In this document: positions 1-9,090 of the stretch, in pieces
Layout of the letters: each line of letters opens with the position of its first letter
How positions within the stretch are numbered: position 1 is the first letter of the stretch
Assembly (NCBI GenBank): GCA_963692865.2
Contig: OY843592.1
Location: forward strand, 3,168,001-3,232,000
Source: a bacterium
GTDB lineage: Bacteria > UBA8248
Length of the DNA: 64,000 bases
Direction: 5' to 3'
The notes under the pieces: generated by a model
Seen by the model: only the letters and a program-made list of their open reading frames with translations
Databases searched by the model: none
Told to the model about the DNA's origin: nothing
Position numbers and translations under genes: made by a program

Positions 1-147
1 AAAGCCGGAATGCCGGCCGCCTACCGGAACAACCCGGCCATTTTCCCGCCTCCAGAAACCATCAAAGCATCGGAGTTTCCGGTGTATCTGGGCGAGGACT
101 ATGAGCGCCTGCTAGACGAAACCTGGGCGCGGATTCAGGCGGCCTGA
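1..147 (+). CDS. C-terminal fragment of a spermidine/putrescine-type ABC transporter substrate-binding protein (5' truncated by window edge)
   Basis: Frame 1 reads KAGMPAAYRNNPAIFPPPETIKASEFPVYLGEDYERLLDETWARIQAA-stop (TGA 145-147); the NPAIFPP...W.RI tail resembles PotD-family C-termini. Confidence 0.6.
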   Translation, partial: KAGMPAAYRNNPAIFPPPETIKASEFPVYLGEDYERLLDETWARIQAA

Positions 148-166
148 TAGATATAGGGACAACACC

Positions 167-595
167 ATGAAGCAAAACAGATTTCATCTGGCCGGGGCCG
201 TGCCTTGGCGCAAAACCGAAAACGGGCTGGAAATACTGCTCATCACGACGCGAGACAAACCCTTGGACGACGACTATCCCTGGTGGATAGTGCCCCAGGG
301 CGGTGTGGAGCCGGGGCAGACCGCCCAGGAGGCCGCCATCGCCGAGACCTGGGAGGAAGGCGGCGTTCGCGGAGTAGCGTCGGAGGCGCCCATTGCGCGT
401 TATGAATACGACATCGGCGCAGGCAGGTGCAAAGTCGACATCTTCGAAATCGAGGTCGAAGTCGTCGAGGACAACTGGCCCGAGAGTCACGAGCGAAGGC
501 GCGTCTGGCTTTCCCCCGGGGACGCCCTGGAGACCATTTCCGGACATACGCTCAAAAACATCTTGAGAGAATTTTTGAAGAGAATGGAGGACTAG
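167..595 (+). CDS. NUDIX hydrolase
   Basis: Nudix box PQGGVEPGQTAQEAAIAETWEEGG; AGAVPWR N-terminus and WPE...RRRVW motif. Confidence 0.9.
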   Translation: MKQNRFHLAGAVPWRKTENGLEILLITTRDKPLDDDYPWWIVPQGGVEPGQTAQEAAIAETWEEGGVRGVASEAPIARYEYDIGAGRCKVDIFEIEVEVVEDNWPESHERRRVWLSPGDALETISGHTLKNILREFLKRMED

Positions 596-664
596 GACCT
601 CCGCGCGGCGTTCACCGCGCCCCGATTCCGGGCGAAACCCCCAATCCCCGGGCGTCTTTCGTCA

Positions 665-2041
665 TCAAGCCGCTCTGCACGCGTTCACCAGGGCGGCTGC
701 GTCCGGCGCGGTTTCGAACGCGAGGGCGGCTTCCACAGCGGCATCGACCTTGCTCTCGGGCAGGACGCGGCCCGCGTTCCCCCGGAACTTGGCCTCCACG
801 TCCGGCCATTCCATCGGGTTTTCGGGGTTGCCCCAGTTGATGGGTTCATCGCGCTCCAGGACGCGGCCATCCCTGAGCGTCATCCGCACGCCGCCGTGCA
901 GGTATTTGGGAAATCTCTCCGAATCCACGCCCGAGCACCTCACCTTCCCGGCCAGTTCGAGCACCTGCGCATCGTCCAAGTGTTCTTCTTCGAAATCATC
1001 GAGCGTGGCCCTGCCCTTCACCACGTTGACCGCCACACAATAAGGCAGGCTGAAAAGCGCCGCATACTGCGTGTTGGGCCTTCGCTTGTGCTCGATGGGT
1101 TCGCAAACGATGTGGAGAATCGGCTCGGGCGTGATGGTCTCGACCTCCACGATCTCATCAATAGATATCCCCGCTTCGCATACCAGGTTCTTCGCCGCAT
1201 CCATCGTCGCGTGATTGAAATGGCAGCATGGATAGGGCTTGAAGGATATCCGCAGCGTCTCCCATCGCTCACCGAGTCCGCCCGCCAGAATTTCCGCGTC
1301 GTAGGACGGATCGCTCAAGTGCGTGGCGTAAAGACCGAACCTGCCTTCCAATACCTTCCGGGGACCCATGAACCCGTGGCCCGCCATTTGCGCGGCGGCG
1401 ACGCCCGCATGAGAGGCCCAACCCGGATGAAAGCGCTTCACCCAGCTCCCATCGTCCAGAAACTCCTGAATTCCCGCCGCCTGGCTCCCGCAAACGCCGA
1501 AGGCGTTGGCGATGGCCTCCGGCGAGTGGTTCATCAGGCGTCCCATGATGGCCGCTGCGCCGAAGGCGCCGCAGATCGGCGTGGCGTGATAACCCTCGGC
1601 GTGAAACGCCCCCGGCACAGCGCCCCCGATTCTGGCGATGACCTCATAGCCCGCCACCATCGCTGTCAATATCTCCCGTCCGCTTGCGCCCGCAGCTTCG
1701 CCGGCGGCCAGGGCAGTGGGCACCACACAGGCGCTCATGTGGGTGATGGAATCGGTATGCGTGTCGTCGAAATCGAGGCCGTGCACGTAGCTTCCGTTCA
1801 CCATGGCGGCGTGCGCGACGGGTAGTCTGTCGCCGTAGCGCCAGACGGTGGCCTGGGATTTGCCACCCCAATCGCGCGCCGTTTTCGTCACCGCGTCTGC
1901 GTAGGGCTCGCGCGTCGCAGCCAAGCCTATCCCTAATGCGTCCAATAGATGAAGCTTCGCCTTTTCGATCACCTGCCCGGGAATGTCCTCGTAAGATAGG
2001 CCGGCGGCGAAACGCGCCAGTTTGTCGCTCATCGTTTCCAT
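665..2041 (-). CDS. MmgE/PrpD family protein (2-methylcitrate dehydratase / IDS epimerase-like)
   Basis: HGLDFDDTH...H, KRFHPG, FKPYPCCHFNH and G.PENPM motifs; RBS AGGAG upstream. Confidence 0.9.
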   Translation of the reverse strand: METMSDKLARFAAGLSYEDIPGQVIEKAKLHLLDALGIGLAATREPYADAVTKTARDWGGKSQATVWRYGDRLPVAHAAMVNGSYVHGLDFDDTHTDSITHMSACVVPTALAAGEAAGASGREILTAMVAGYEVIARIGGAVPGAFHAEGYHATPICGAFGAAAIMGRLMNHSPEAIANAFGVCGSQAAGIQEFLDDGSWVKRFHPGWASHAGVAAAQMAGHGFMGPRKVLEGRFGLYATHLSDPSYDAEILAGGLGERWETLRISFKPYPCCHFNHATMDAAKNLVCEAGISIDEIVEVETITPEPILHIVCEPIEHKRRPNTQYAALFSLPYCVAVNVVKGRATLDDFEEEHLDDAQVLELAGKVRCSGVDSERFPKYLHGGVRMTLRDGRVLERDEPINWGNPENPMEWPDVEAKFRGNAGRVLPESKVDAAVEAALAFETAPDAAALVNACRAA

Positions 2042-2073
2042 GTTCGTCTCCTGCTCCTGAATCCGGCCCGGCT

Positions 2074-3444
2074 CTATGCGAGATGGGCCACGAGAGCGCC
2101 CATCGTCTCGATATCATCCAGAGCCGAGGCGGCCTCCACCAACGCGTCCTGTGCATCGGACGGAATCACGCCGCCCGTAATCTGTCTGAATTTCCCCGCC
2201 ACCATGTCGAAATCCATCGGGTTCTGGGGCGAGCCCTTAGGACCCTCGACACGGCTTTTGAACTCGCGTCCATCGCGCGTGCGAATCGCCACCTTGGCCG
2301 GGAAAGTCTTTGGATAGAGTCGTTCGATTTCCGGGTCCACCGTGAAGCGCGCCCGCCGCGCGAGCGCCACCAGTTCGGGATCGACGATGCGCTCGGGCGT
2401 GAACTGCCCGGGTCCCGCCTCCCCGTCGGTGAGCGCAACGGCCGCGCAATACTCGATGTTCATCTGCGCGCGCAGAGAACTCACGGGTTCGTAAGACCAC
2501 GAGCACTGTTGTTTCACCACGCTGTGGTTCATGATCTCCATCTCCTGCACCTCATCGGGCGCAACGTTATGCTCTCTGCGCAGAGCAAGAACGGCGTCGA
2601 TGGTCGAATGCGTGCTCCCGCAGCAGCAATAGGGCTTGAAGGAAACGCCCGCCGCCTCCCAGTGTTCTCCCAAATCCCTCGTCAGAGGCTCAGGCTCCCC
2701 GCAGCCGCTGAACGCCCGAATGAACCCGCCGTCCTCAAACTCGAAAATCTCCTTGGGGCCGGTATACCCACCCTCGGCCAAAGAGGCGGCCATTAGGCCG
2801 CTTTGGGCCGCGCGGCCCGCGTGAAAGCGCTTCGTCTCCGAGCCGTCGCACTGAAAGGCCCATGTGCCCGCCCCTTGGGCGCCCGCCAGTCCCAGCGCGT
2901 TGGCCGTCTGCTCTGACGTCAGGCTCAACAAATTCGCCGCTGCAGCCGCCGCGCCGAATGGCCCGCACAGGCCCGTCAGATGAAACCCCCGCCTGCGCAC
3001 CTCCAGGGAGTCTGCGGCGATGCTCGCGCGGATCATGGTTTCATAGCCGACTGCGCAGGCGGTCATGAAAGTCTTGCCATCGACCTCCATCTTCTCGGCG
3101 AGCGGATACGCGGCGGCGAACACCACCGCGCCCGGATGGAGCTTGGCGCCGCTGTGGTAGTCATCGAGTTCGAACGCGTGCATCCAGGTGCCCAGACAAA
3201 GCGCGACGGGCCCCACCGGCCCGCGCCAGGTGGTTTTCCAGAGGGCCGCTTCCGCGCTCCCGCCCTGCTCCTGGGCGAAACGAGACAGGATTCGCCCCGA
3301 CTCGGTAGTTGTGCCGTAGAGGCCGCAACCGACGGCGTCCAGGAAATACTTGCGCATGCACTCACGCAGGTTGGCGGATAAGTCGCTATAGGAAGTCTCG
3401 CTGATGAATCGCGCGAGTTCGCGCGTGTGGCCGTTCATCTTCAC
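2074..3444 (-). CDS. MmgE/PrpD family protein (second paralog)
   Basis: HAFELDDYH...LHPG, KRFHAG, FKPYCCCGSTH and KGSPQNPM motifs. Confidence 0.9.
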   Translation of the reverse strand: MKMNGHTRELARFISETSYSDLSANLRECMRKYFLDAVGCGLYGTTTESGRILSRFAQEQGGSAEAALWKTTWRGPVGPVALCLGTWMHAFELDDYHSGAKLHPGAVVFAAAYPLAEKMEVDGKTFMTACAVGYETMIRASIAADSLEVRRRGFHLTGLCGPFGAAAAAANLLSLTSEQTANALGLAGAQGAGTWAFQCDGSETKRFHAGRAAQSGLMAASLAEGGYTGPKEIFEFEDGGFIRAFSGCGEPEPLTRDLGEHWEAAGVSFKPYCCCGSTHSTIDAVLALRREHNVAPDEVQEMEIMNHSVVKQQCSWSYEPVSSLRAQMNIEYCAAVALTDGEAGPGQFTPERIVDPELVALARRARFTVDPEIERLYPKTFPAKVAIRTRDGREFKSRVEGPKGSPQNPMDFDMVAGKFRQITGGVIPSDAQDALVEAASALDDIETMGALVAHLA

Positions 3445-3445
3445 C

Positions 3446-4321
3446 TCACCGCCTGGGCAGATATTCCGCTTCTATCGCGTGATAGGCGTCATAATCCAGA
3501 AGTTCGTAGAGTTCCTTACGCGTCATCATCTTGTCCAGATAATCACCCATCGTGCCTTTTTCTTTCAGTTCTTCGAGCAGCAATTCGCCCGCCCTGAGCA
3601 TCGCGCGCATGATGCTCACAGGGAACAGGACGAGTTTATAGCCCATCTTCTCGAAATCGGCTTTGGAGATATGGGGCGTCTTGCCGAACTCCGTCATGTT
3701 GGCCAGCAAGGGGCCCGGGCAGCACTCGGCGTATTCGGCGAACTCATCGCGCGTCTCGAGCGCTTCGATGAAAACGACGTCCGCCCCGGCTTCGAGCGCG
3801 GCATTGCCGCGTTCGACGGCCTCTTCCATCCCGTGGACGTACTTGGCGTCGATCCGCGCCATGACGGCGAAATCCGGATCCTCTCGATAGGTCACGGCGG
3901 CGCGGATTTTTCCGATAAACTCCTCACGGCTCACCACCTGTTTGCCGTCCAGATGGCCGCAGCGCTTGGGCAGCACCTGATCTTCAATTTGGATACACGC
4001 AACGCCCGCTCTTTCGAAATCGCGCACAGTGCGCACCACGTTCACCGCGTTGCCGTAGCCGGTGTCCACGTCCACCACGAGCGGGATGTCCACGGCGTCC
4101 GCCATGTACCTCGCGTTCATGAGCACCTCGCTGAAAGACGCCAGACCGTTGTCGGGCAACCCCGCCAGAGCGTTCACCACGCCCGCCCCCGACATGTAGA
4201 CGGCCTCGAATCCCTTGGAAGCGATGAGCCTGGCCGTCAGCGCGTCGTGCGCGCCGGGGATGATGGTCGCCCCCGGTCGCTCGATAATTTTTCTGAATTT
4301 TTTTCGCACCGAATCGGGCAT
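3446..4321 (-). CDS. prpB: Isocitrate lyase/PEP mutase family enzyme (methylisocitrate lyase-like)
   Basis: PGAHDALTA, DVDTGYG, IEDQVLPKRCGH, LANMTEFGKTP; start placed at ATG 4321 after a purine-rich RBS. Exact substrate uncertain. Confidence 0.8.
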   Translation of the reverse strand: MPDSVRKKFRKIIERPGATIIPGAHDALTARLIASKGFEAVYMSGAGVVNALAGLPDNGLASFSEVLMNARYMADAVDIPLVVDVDTGYGNAVNVVRTVRDFERAGVACIQIEDQVLPKRCGHLDGKQVVSREEFIGKIRAAVTYREDPDFAVMARIDAKYVHGMEEAVERGNAALEAGADVVFIEALETRDEFAEYAECCPGPLLANMTEFGKTPHISKADFEKMGYKLVLFPVSIMRAMLRAGELLLEELKEKGTMGDYLDKMMTRKELYELLDYDAYHAIEAEYLPRR

Positions 4322-4493
4322 GCTCCCTTCCTTCCCGTATATATTGCTGCGCACAATCGACATCGCCCTCTCGCCGAACATCATCTTCTTGTTGATATAC
4401 AAGAACTTATTCGCCGCCCTCAATTCCAGGCAAGCGCGCTCTATTCTTTCACATCACCCGGCGGCGTCGCCATAGGCCTGAGCCGATTTTCCC

Positions 4494-4524
4494 TTGACAA
4501 GCGCTTGAACAAAAGTGGCATAAT
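4494..4524 (+). promoter_or_regulatory. Candidate sigma70 promoter for the TPR gene
   Basis: TTGACA (4494-4499) and TGnCATAAT extended -10 (4516-4524); the 19-nt spacer is long. Confidence 0.4.
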
Positions 4525-4561
4525 TGAATTTATATGGGGTTCGCTCCCGGAGAATTTTTCG

Positions 4562-5098
4562 ATGACCGATGAATTCGAAGACGGCAGTTTCGACAAAAAA
4601 TACGAAGATGAAGCCAAGGTCAACTCCGACCTCAAGCGCGCTCTGGATCTTTTGAATCAAGGCGGCGTCGCCCACGCGAAAGGAAACCTCGACAAGGCCA
4701 TCGAGTTGTACCGCGACTCCATCGCATACTACCCCACAGCGGACGCGCACACCTATCTCGGCTGGATGTACAGCAAACAGGGCCGCCTCGAGGAAGCCAT
4801 CGAGGAGTGCCACATGGCCATCGAGGTCGACGATGAGTTCGGAAACCCCTACAACGACATCGGCTGCTATCTCATGCAGTTGGGCGAACTCGACGAAGCG
4901 GCCGAATGGCTCGAGAAGGCGAAGTCCGCGCCGAGATACGAGCCGCGTCATTTCCCCTACATGAATCTGGGCCGCATCTACCTTCAGAAAAAAGAGTACG
5001 GCAAGGCGCAGGGCGAGATTTACGAGGCCATCAGGCGCGCACCTGAAGTGGAGGGCCTGAAAAAGAATTTTCTGGAACTGGTGTCGATGCTCAACTAG
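4562..5098 (+). CDS. Tetratricopeptide repeat protein
   Basis: Real start MTDEFEDG at 4562 inside the 3404-5098 ORF; TPR helices ADAHTYLGWMY, GNPYNDIGCYL, FPYMNLGRIY. Confidence 0.85.
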   Translation: MTDEFEDGSFDKKYEDEAKVNSDLKRALDLLNQGGVAHAKGNLDKAIELYRDSIAYYPTADAHTYLGWMYSKQGRLEEAIEECHMAIEVDDEFGNPYNDIGCYLMQLGELDEAAEWLEKAKSAPRYEPRHFPYMNLGRIYLQKKEYGKAQGEIYEAIRRAPEVEGLKKNFLELVSMLN

Positions 5099-5111
5099 GA
5101 ATCAACCCACG

Positions 5112-5147
5112 AAAAAAGCCGGCCGCGAGGGCCGGCTTTTTCTTTTT
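5112..5147. terminator. Bidirectional intrinsic terminator
   Basis: AAAAAAGCCGGCC-loop-GGCCGGCTTTTT between convergent genes. Confidence 0.8.
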
Positions 5148-5157
5148 CGCTCAGCGC

Positions 5158-5610
5158 CTAGCCGGGAATCTTGTCCCTGCTGTCCTCTTCCATCCACTCG
5201 TTTTCCACATAAATGGTTCTGGCGGCGTCGCGGTTCGGACAATTGCCGTATGTGAAGACGAGTTCGGCGTCCTCGGTTTCGCTCGGGTTGTAGAGGCCGT
5301 GGATTTCGCCGGCTGCGCAATAGACGAACGTGCCCGAGGGCACCGTGTGCTCTTCCCTGTCCTCTCCCATCCAGACGATGATCGGGCCCTTGACGATGTA
5401 GAACGTCGCGTCGCACACGTGGTAGTGCCTCTGGTTGCGGCCCTTGGGGGGAATGATGGTGCGCCCCATCGTGATGGTCTGCGTGCCGGTGGAATTGCTG
5501 TCCACGCCCCATGCGATGATGAGGGGCGGCTCGTATTTCTTGTCCACGCCGATGGCCGTCGAATCAATGAGACACCAGCGCTGTTTGGTAGGTGCGGATA
5601 TAGCTGACAT
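5158..5610 (-). CDS. Cupin domain protein
   Basis: PPKGRNQRHYH...FYIVKG and G.FVY...GEIHGLYN cupin motifs. Confidence 0.8.
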   Translation of the reverse strand: MSAISAPTKQRWCLIDSTAIGVDKKYEPPLIIAWGVDSNSTGTQTITMGRTIIPPKGRNQRHYHVCDATFYIVKGPIIVWMGEDREEHTVPSGTFVYCAAGEIHGLYNPSETEDAELVFTYGNCPNRDAARTIYVENEWMEEDSRDKIPG

Positions 5611-5721
5611 GTATGCTCCTTTGAATTGGAAACGATACCAAAATTCCCTTTCTCTCGAAGGTGGCCTAATCTAGTCGTTCGCTTCGCAGAGCGCAAGAGC
5701 AGAGTCGATATGTGTAAGGAT

Positions 5722-6735
5722 TCATCCTTCCAGGAACAGTTGAACCTCGCTCAAGAGCTCCATCCTGCGCTTTTCCAGTTCCATGAAATGCGTGCCGTCG
5801 TTGATGATGACGTAGCGTTTTCCCCGGCTGTTGCGAAGCGCCTTATACAGACCCCAGGCTTCCGGGTCGGCCGAGGCGCCGTCCTGGTCTCCTCTGATAA
5901 GGAGCACGGGACACGTTATCCTGCTCGCGTCGTAGAGGGGTATGTTCCTCGCCCTGTCATACAGATCCGCCAGGGAGCCGTTCGCCAGCCGGAACGCGGG
6001 CGTCTTGCGCCCGGCGCCTCCCGGGTCATAACGAAGCAGTTCCCGAAAATACGTCCTGGGCACCCTGGGTTCGCGCCATTTGTGATGTGCGTCACCGGGT
6101 ATGTGGCCCCACCAGCGATGGCGCACGTCTTTTTCCGTACACCAGGACCACGCGCCTCGCCTCGCGTCGAATTCCCCGGGCCTTCGGGGGTCTTCCATCT
6201 GCTTCGCGCGGGCGGGATTATCATAGGCGTAATACGGCGCGTAAAGAACGAGCTTGTGCACCTGCTTCATGTTGTCGGCGGCATACGCAGGCCCCGTCGT
6301 CGAGCCCCAGGAGCGGCCCAGAATGCCGAGCTTGCTCACCCCCCGCTGCTCGCGGATGAAATCGACCGCCGACTTGATATCCCTCACGGCTACCTTCCCC
6401 GGTATCGCGGGTGGCTTGCCCCTGGGGCTTGCGAGCATCTCCTGCGGCCACGTCGATTCCCCGAAACCCCGAATCGAGAGCGCGAAGACGTCGAACCCGC
6501 GCGATGCGATGTAATCCATCCAGGAATAGCCGGGAACCGGCAGATCATAGGCCACGGGGCCGGGCGCCATCCGCCCTTGCACCATGAGGAGCGTGGCCTG
6601 ATCTTCAAATTTCTTCTTGCCCCTGGGGCGTTTTTCCCTAAGGTGCAGCGTGATGCCGGGATCAAGAGAGGCGACGTAGTGATCGAGCCGCTCCACTCTT
6701 TTCTGAGTCGTATGCTTTCGCGCTGAAGCGCTCAA
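5722..6735 (-). CDS. Alpha/beta fold hydrolase
   Basis: RGFGES, nucleophile elbow GRSWG, LLIRGDQD, GTHFMELE. Confidence 0.85.
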   Translation of the reverse strand: MSASARKHTTQKRVERLDHYVASLDPGITLHLREKRPRGKKKFEDQATLLMVQGRMAPGPVAYDLPVPGYSWMDYIASRGFDVFALSIRGFGESTWPQEMLASPRGKPPAIPGKVAVRDIKSAVDFIREQRGVSKLGILGRSWGSTTGPAYAADNMKQVHKLVLYAPYYAYDNPARAKQMEDPRRPGEFDARRGAWSWCTEKDVRHRWWGHIPGDAHHKWREPRVPRTYFRELLRYDPGGAGRKTPAFRLANGSLADLYDRARNIPLYDASRITCPVLLIRGDQDGASADPEAWGLYKALRNSRGKRYVIINDGTHFMELEKRRMELLSEVQLFLEG

Positions 6736-6747
6736 ATCCCGATCACC

Positions 6748-7695
6748 CTAATTTTTCAGATGTGAATAATCTCGATCATACGCGGGCGGAAGCGCGCCTC
6801 CCTGGCCTTGAATGACGTGGAGCTTGCCCCACCCCCGCCCCGAATTGCGAAATCCGCGCTGCGCGCCCGCAGGCGCCCAGCACATATCCCACGGCCCGAG
6901 CACCGCCTGTTGCGACTCCCCTCTCTCGTCCGTCCAGAACACAGTCCAGTCACTCTCCAGCGGAATAAAGGCCTCCTCCAGGTCGGGGTGATCGTGCAGC
7001 GGAGCGCCCGAACCCACCCGGTTTTCGTTAATGACGAAGGAAAACTCTCCCTCCGACAGGGCCGGAGGCGGACCAACGCCCTCGAGTTCGCCGCCCACGT
7101 GGCCTATATATCGGCGTATCCCACGAACTCCTTCGGGAAGCGAGGATTCATGATAAACTTGGAAATTCTTGGGGCAATCATCGTAACGAACCACCTGGGT
7201 GAGAGGATCGGCGAAAGTGGCGCCATCGACGGCCGACCCTTTTCCTTCTCCCTCGAATACGGGCGGCTCGTACGCCCCGCGACCGTGAATGTAGTAGAGG
7301 AATCCATCCTCACCGCCCGAGTTTCTGTAACCGCGCATGACGCTCGCCGGCATCCGGATGGCGTCGTAAAGACCGAGTTCCACGCTTTTTCTCTCTCCAT
7401 CGCGCGGGTCGACCCAGAAGACCTCGAACGCGCCATGCCACACCATGAAAACCTCTTCGAACCCGTGGCTGTGCAGCGGCGCGCCGTTTCCGGGGGGCGC
7501 CATCACGATTCCGTTGGCGAACTCCCAGCCGGGGAGCGCCGCTTTGGGCTCCTTCTCGCGAGGGCCTCCGATATAGCGGTAAACGGCCCGGTGACGCCCT
7601 TCTTCGCGGGCGTCGGGCGACGAGTCCCAATCGGGCATGATCTCGGCGAATCGGATAATCGTGGTGGGTACGGCTCTTGAGGTATGTGTGGTCAT
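6748..7695 (-). CDS. Bicupin protein (two cupin domains)
   Basis: Duplicated GAPLHSH..EEVF / GAPLHDH...EEAF and MRGYRN / QRGFRN motifs; start at MTTHTS. Confidence 0.8.
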   Translation of the reverse strand: MTTHTSRAVPTTIIRFAEIMPDWDSSPDAREEGRHRAVYRYIGGPREKEPKAALPGWEFANGIVMAPPGNGAPLHSHGFEEVFMVWHGAFEVFWVDPRDGERKSVELGLYDAIRMPASVMRGYRNSGGEDGFLYYIHGRGAYEPPVFEGEGKGSAVDGATFADPLTQVVRYDDCPKNFQVYHESSLPEGVRGIRRYIGHVGGELEGVGPPPALSEGEFSFVINENRVGSGAPLHDHPDLEEAFIPLESDWTVFWTDERGESQQAVLGPWDMCWAPAGAQRGFRNSGRGWGKLHVIQGQGGALPPAYDRDYSHLKN

Positions 7696-7720
7696 CTTCA
7701 AGCCCCTCACCGGTATAAGG

Positions 7721-9076
7721 TTATGGAAGCGTCGCGCCTCGATACACGCCTTCCGCCTCATACGCCTCATCGAGCAGGACCACGGGATGCGCCACCCGAA
7801 GGTCCATGCCCCGCTCGCGGGCGCCGAACGCGATTTGAATCTGACAACCGGGGTTGCCCGTGCACACCACGGGCGCGCCCGAGTCTTTCACGTGCCCCAT
7901 TTTCCTGTCGAGAAGCTGCATCGAAATCTCGGTTTGCGTGAGATTGTAGCTGCCTGCGGAGCCGCAGCACCAATCGCTCTCCTTGAGAGGCGCCGTCTCG
8001 ACGTTGCGGATCGCGGAAAGAACCTCGAGCGGCTCCTTGCGGACCTTCAGCGCGTGAAACAAATGACAGGGGTGGTGATACGCGATTTTTTGGGGTGAGG
8101 GGTGATGCGCTTCTCTTACGCCGATTCGGGAAAGAAACACGGTGACGTCCATCGCCTTCTCGCTGAACGTCTCCGCGCGTCTCGCGTAGGCGGGGTCATC
8201 CGCGAGCAAATCCTTGTATTCATGGAGCATGGCCCCGCAGCCGGAGACGGCCAGGATGACGGCGTCGAACTCGCCCGCGTCGATGGCGTCCAGGTTCTCG
8301 CGCGCGAGGATTCTCGCCGCCTCCCTGTCTCCGGCATGGGCCTGCAGCGCGCCGCAGCATGTCTGCGCGGCGGGAAACACCACGCGCACCCCGTTTGCGG
8401 CCAACGCGCGTATGGCGGCACGGTTCACGTCGCCGAACAGGGTGGACTGGATACACCCGCCGAAGAAGGCGACGCGGTATCTTTCCTCCCCGATGGGCGC
8501 GACTTCGGGGGGCAGGGCCCTCATCGAGGATATGGGCGGGGCTTCGGGCATCATGGGTTCGAGTTCGGCCAGTTTTTGGGGCAACAGACCCAAACCCTTC
8601 ACCACGTTTTTCAAAAACGTGGCCTGATACAACCTCGTGGCCGCGCCCGCCAAATTGAGCAGCGTCCTGTTCGGCAAGAGCCACCGAAAGAGGAATCTTC
8701 TGAAAATCCGCACCGGGAGGGGGCGTTTTCGCACCTTTTCGAGTCCCTCGCGCGCCGCCTCTATCAATGAACCGTAGGGCACGCCGGATGGACATGCCGT
8801 TTCACAGGCGCGGCAGTCCAGGCAGCGATCGAGGTGTTTCATCACCGTCTCGTCAGGCGCCATCTCGCCGTCCGTCACCAGGCGCATGAGGTAGATTCTG
8901 CCGCGTGGGGAGTCCATCTCGTTGCCGAGCAGCGTGAAGGTTGGGCAACTCGTGCCGCAGAACCCGCAATGGATGCAACGCTGAATCATCTCCCTGTCGG
9001 GAGCGTCCGGGCCGACGAAGGGGTTCTCGTATTCGGGAAGAACCTGCGCGAAACCTGCTTTTTGGTCCGTGGCCAC
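7721..9076 (-). CDS. glcF: Glycolate/2-hydroxy-acid oxidase iron-sulfur subunit
   Basis: CIHCGFC...CPT, DSPRGRI, CLDCRACETACPSGV; two CCG domains. Confidence 0.85.
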   Translation of the reverse strand: MATDQKAGFAQVLPEYENPFVGPDAPDREMIQRCIHCGFCGTSCPTFTLLGNEMDSPRGRIYLMRLVTDGEMAPDETVMKHLDRCLDCRACETACPSGVPYGSLIEAAREGLEKVRKRPLPVRIFRRFLFRWLLPNRTLLNLAGAATRLYQATFLKNVVKGLGLLPQKLAELEPMMPEAPPISSMRALPPEVAPIGEERYRVAFFGGCIQSTLFGDVNRAAIRALAANGVRVVFPAAQTCCGALQAHAGDREAARILARENLDAIDAGEFDAVILAVSGCGAMLHEYKDLLADDPAYARRAETFSEKAMDVTVFLSRIGVREAHHPSPQKIAYHHPCHLFHALKVRKEPLEVLSAIRNVETAPLKESDWCCGSAGSYNLTQTEISMQLLDRKMGHVKDSGAPVVCTGNPGCQIQIAFGARERGMDLRVAHPVVLLDEAYEAEGVYRGATLP

Positions 9077-9090
9077 TTGACCCTTTCCTC

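Noticed and set aside
3404-4561. N-terminal part of the 564-aa ORF, an apparent fusion to the TPR protein
   Set aside because: Antisense to the prpB-like gene; the TPR protein has its own start at 4562.
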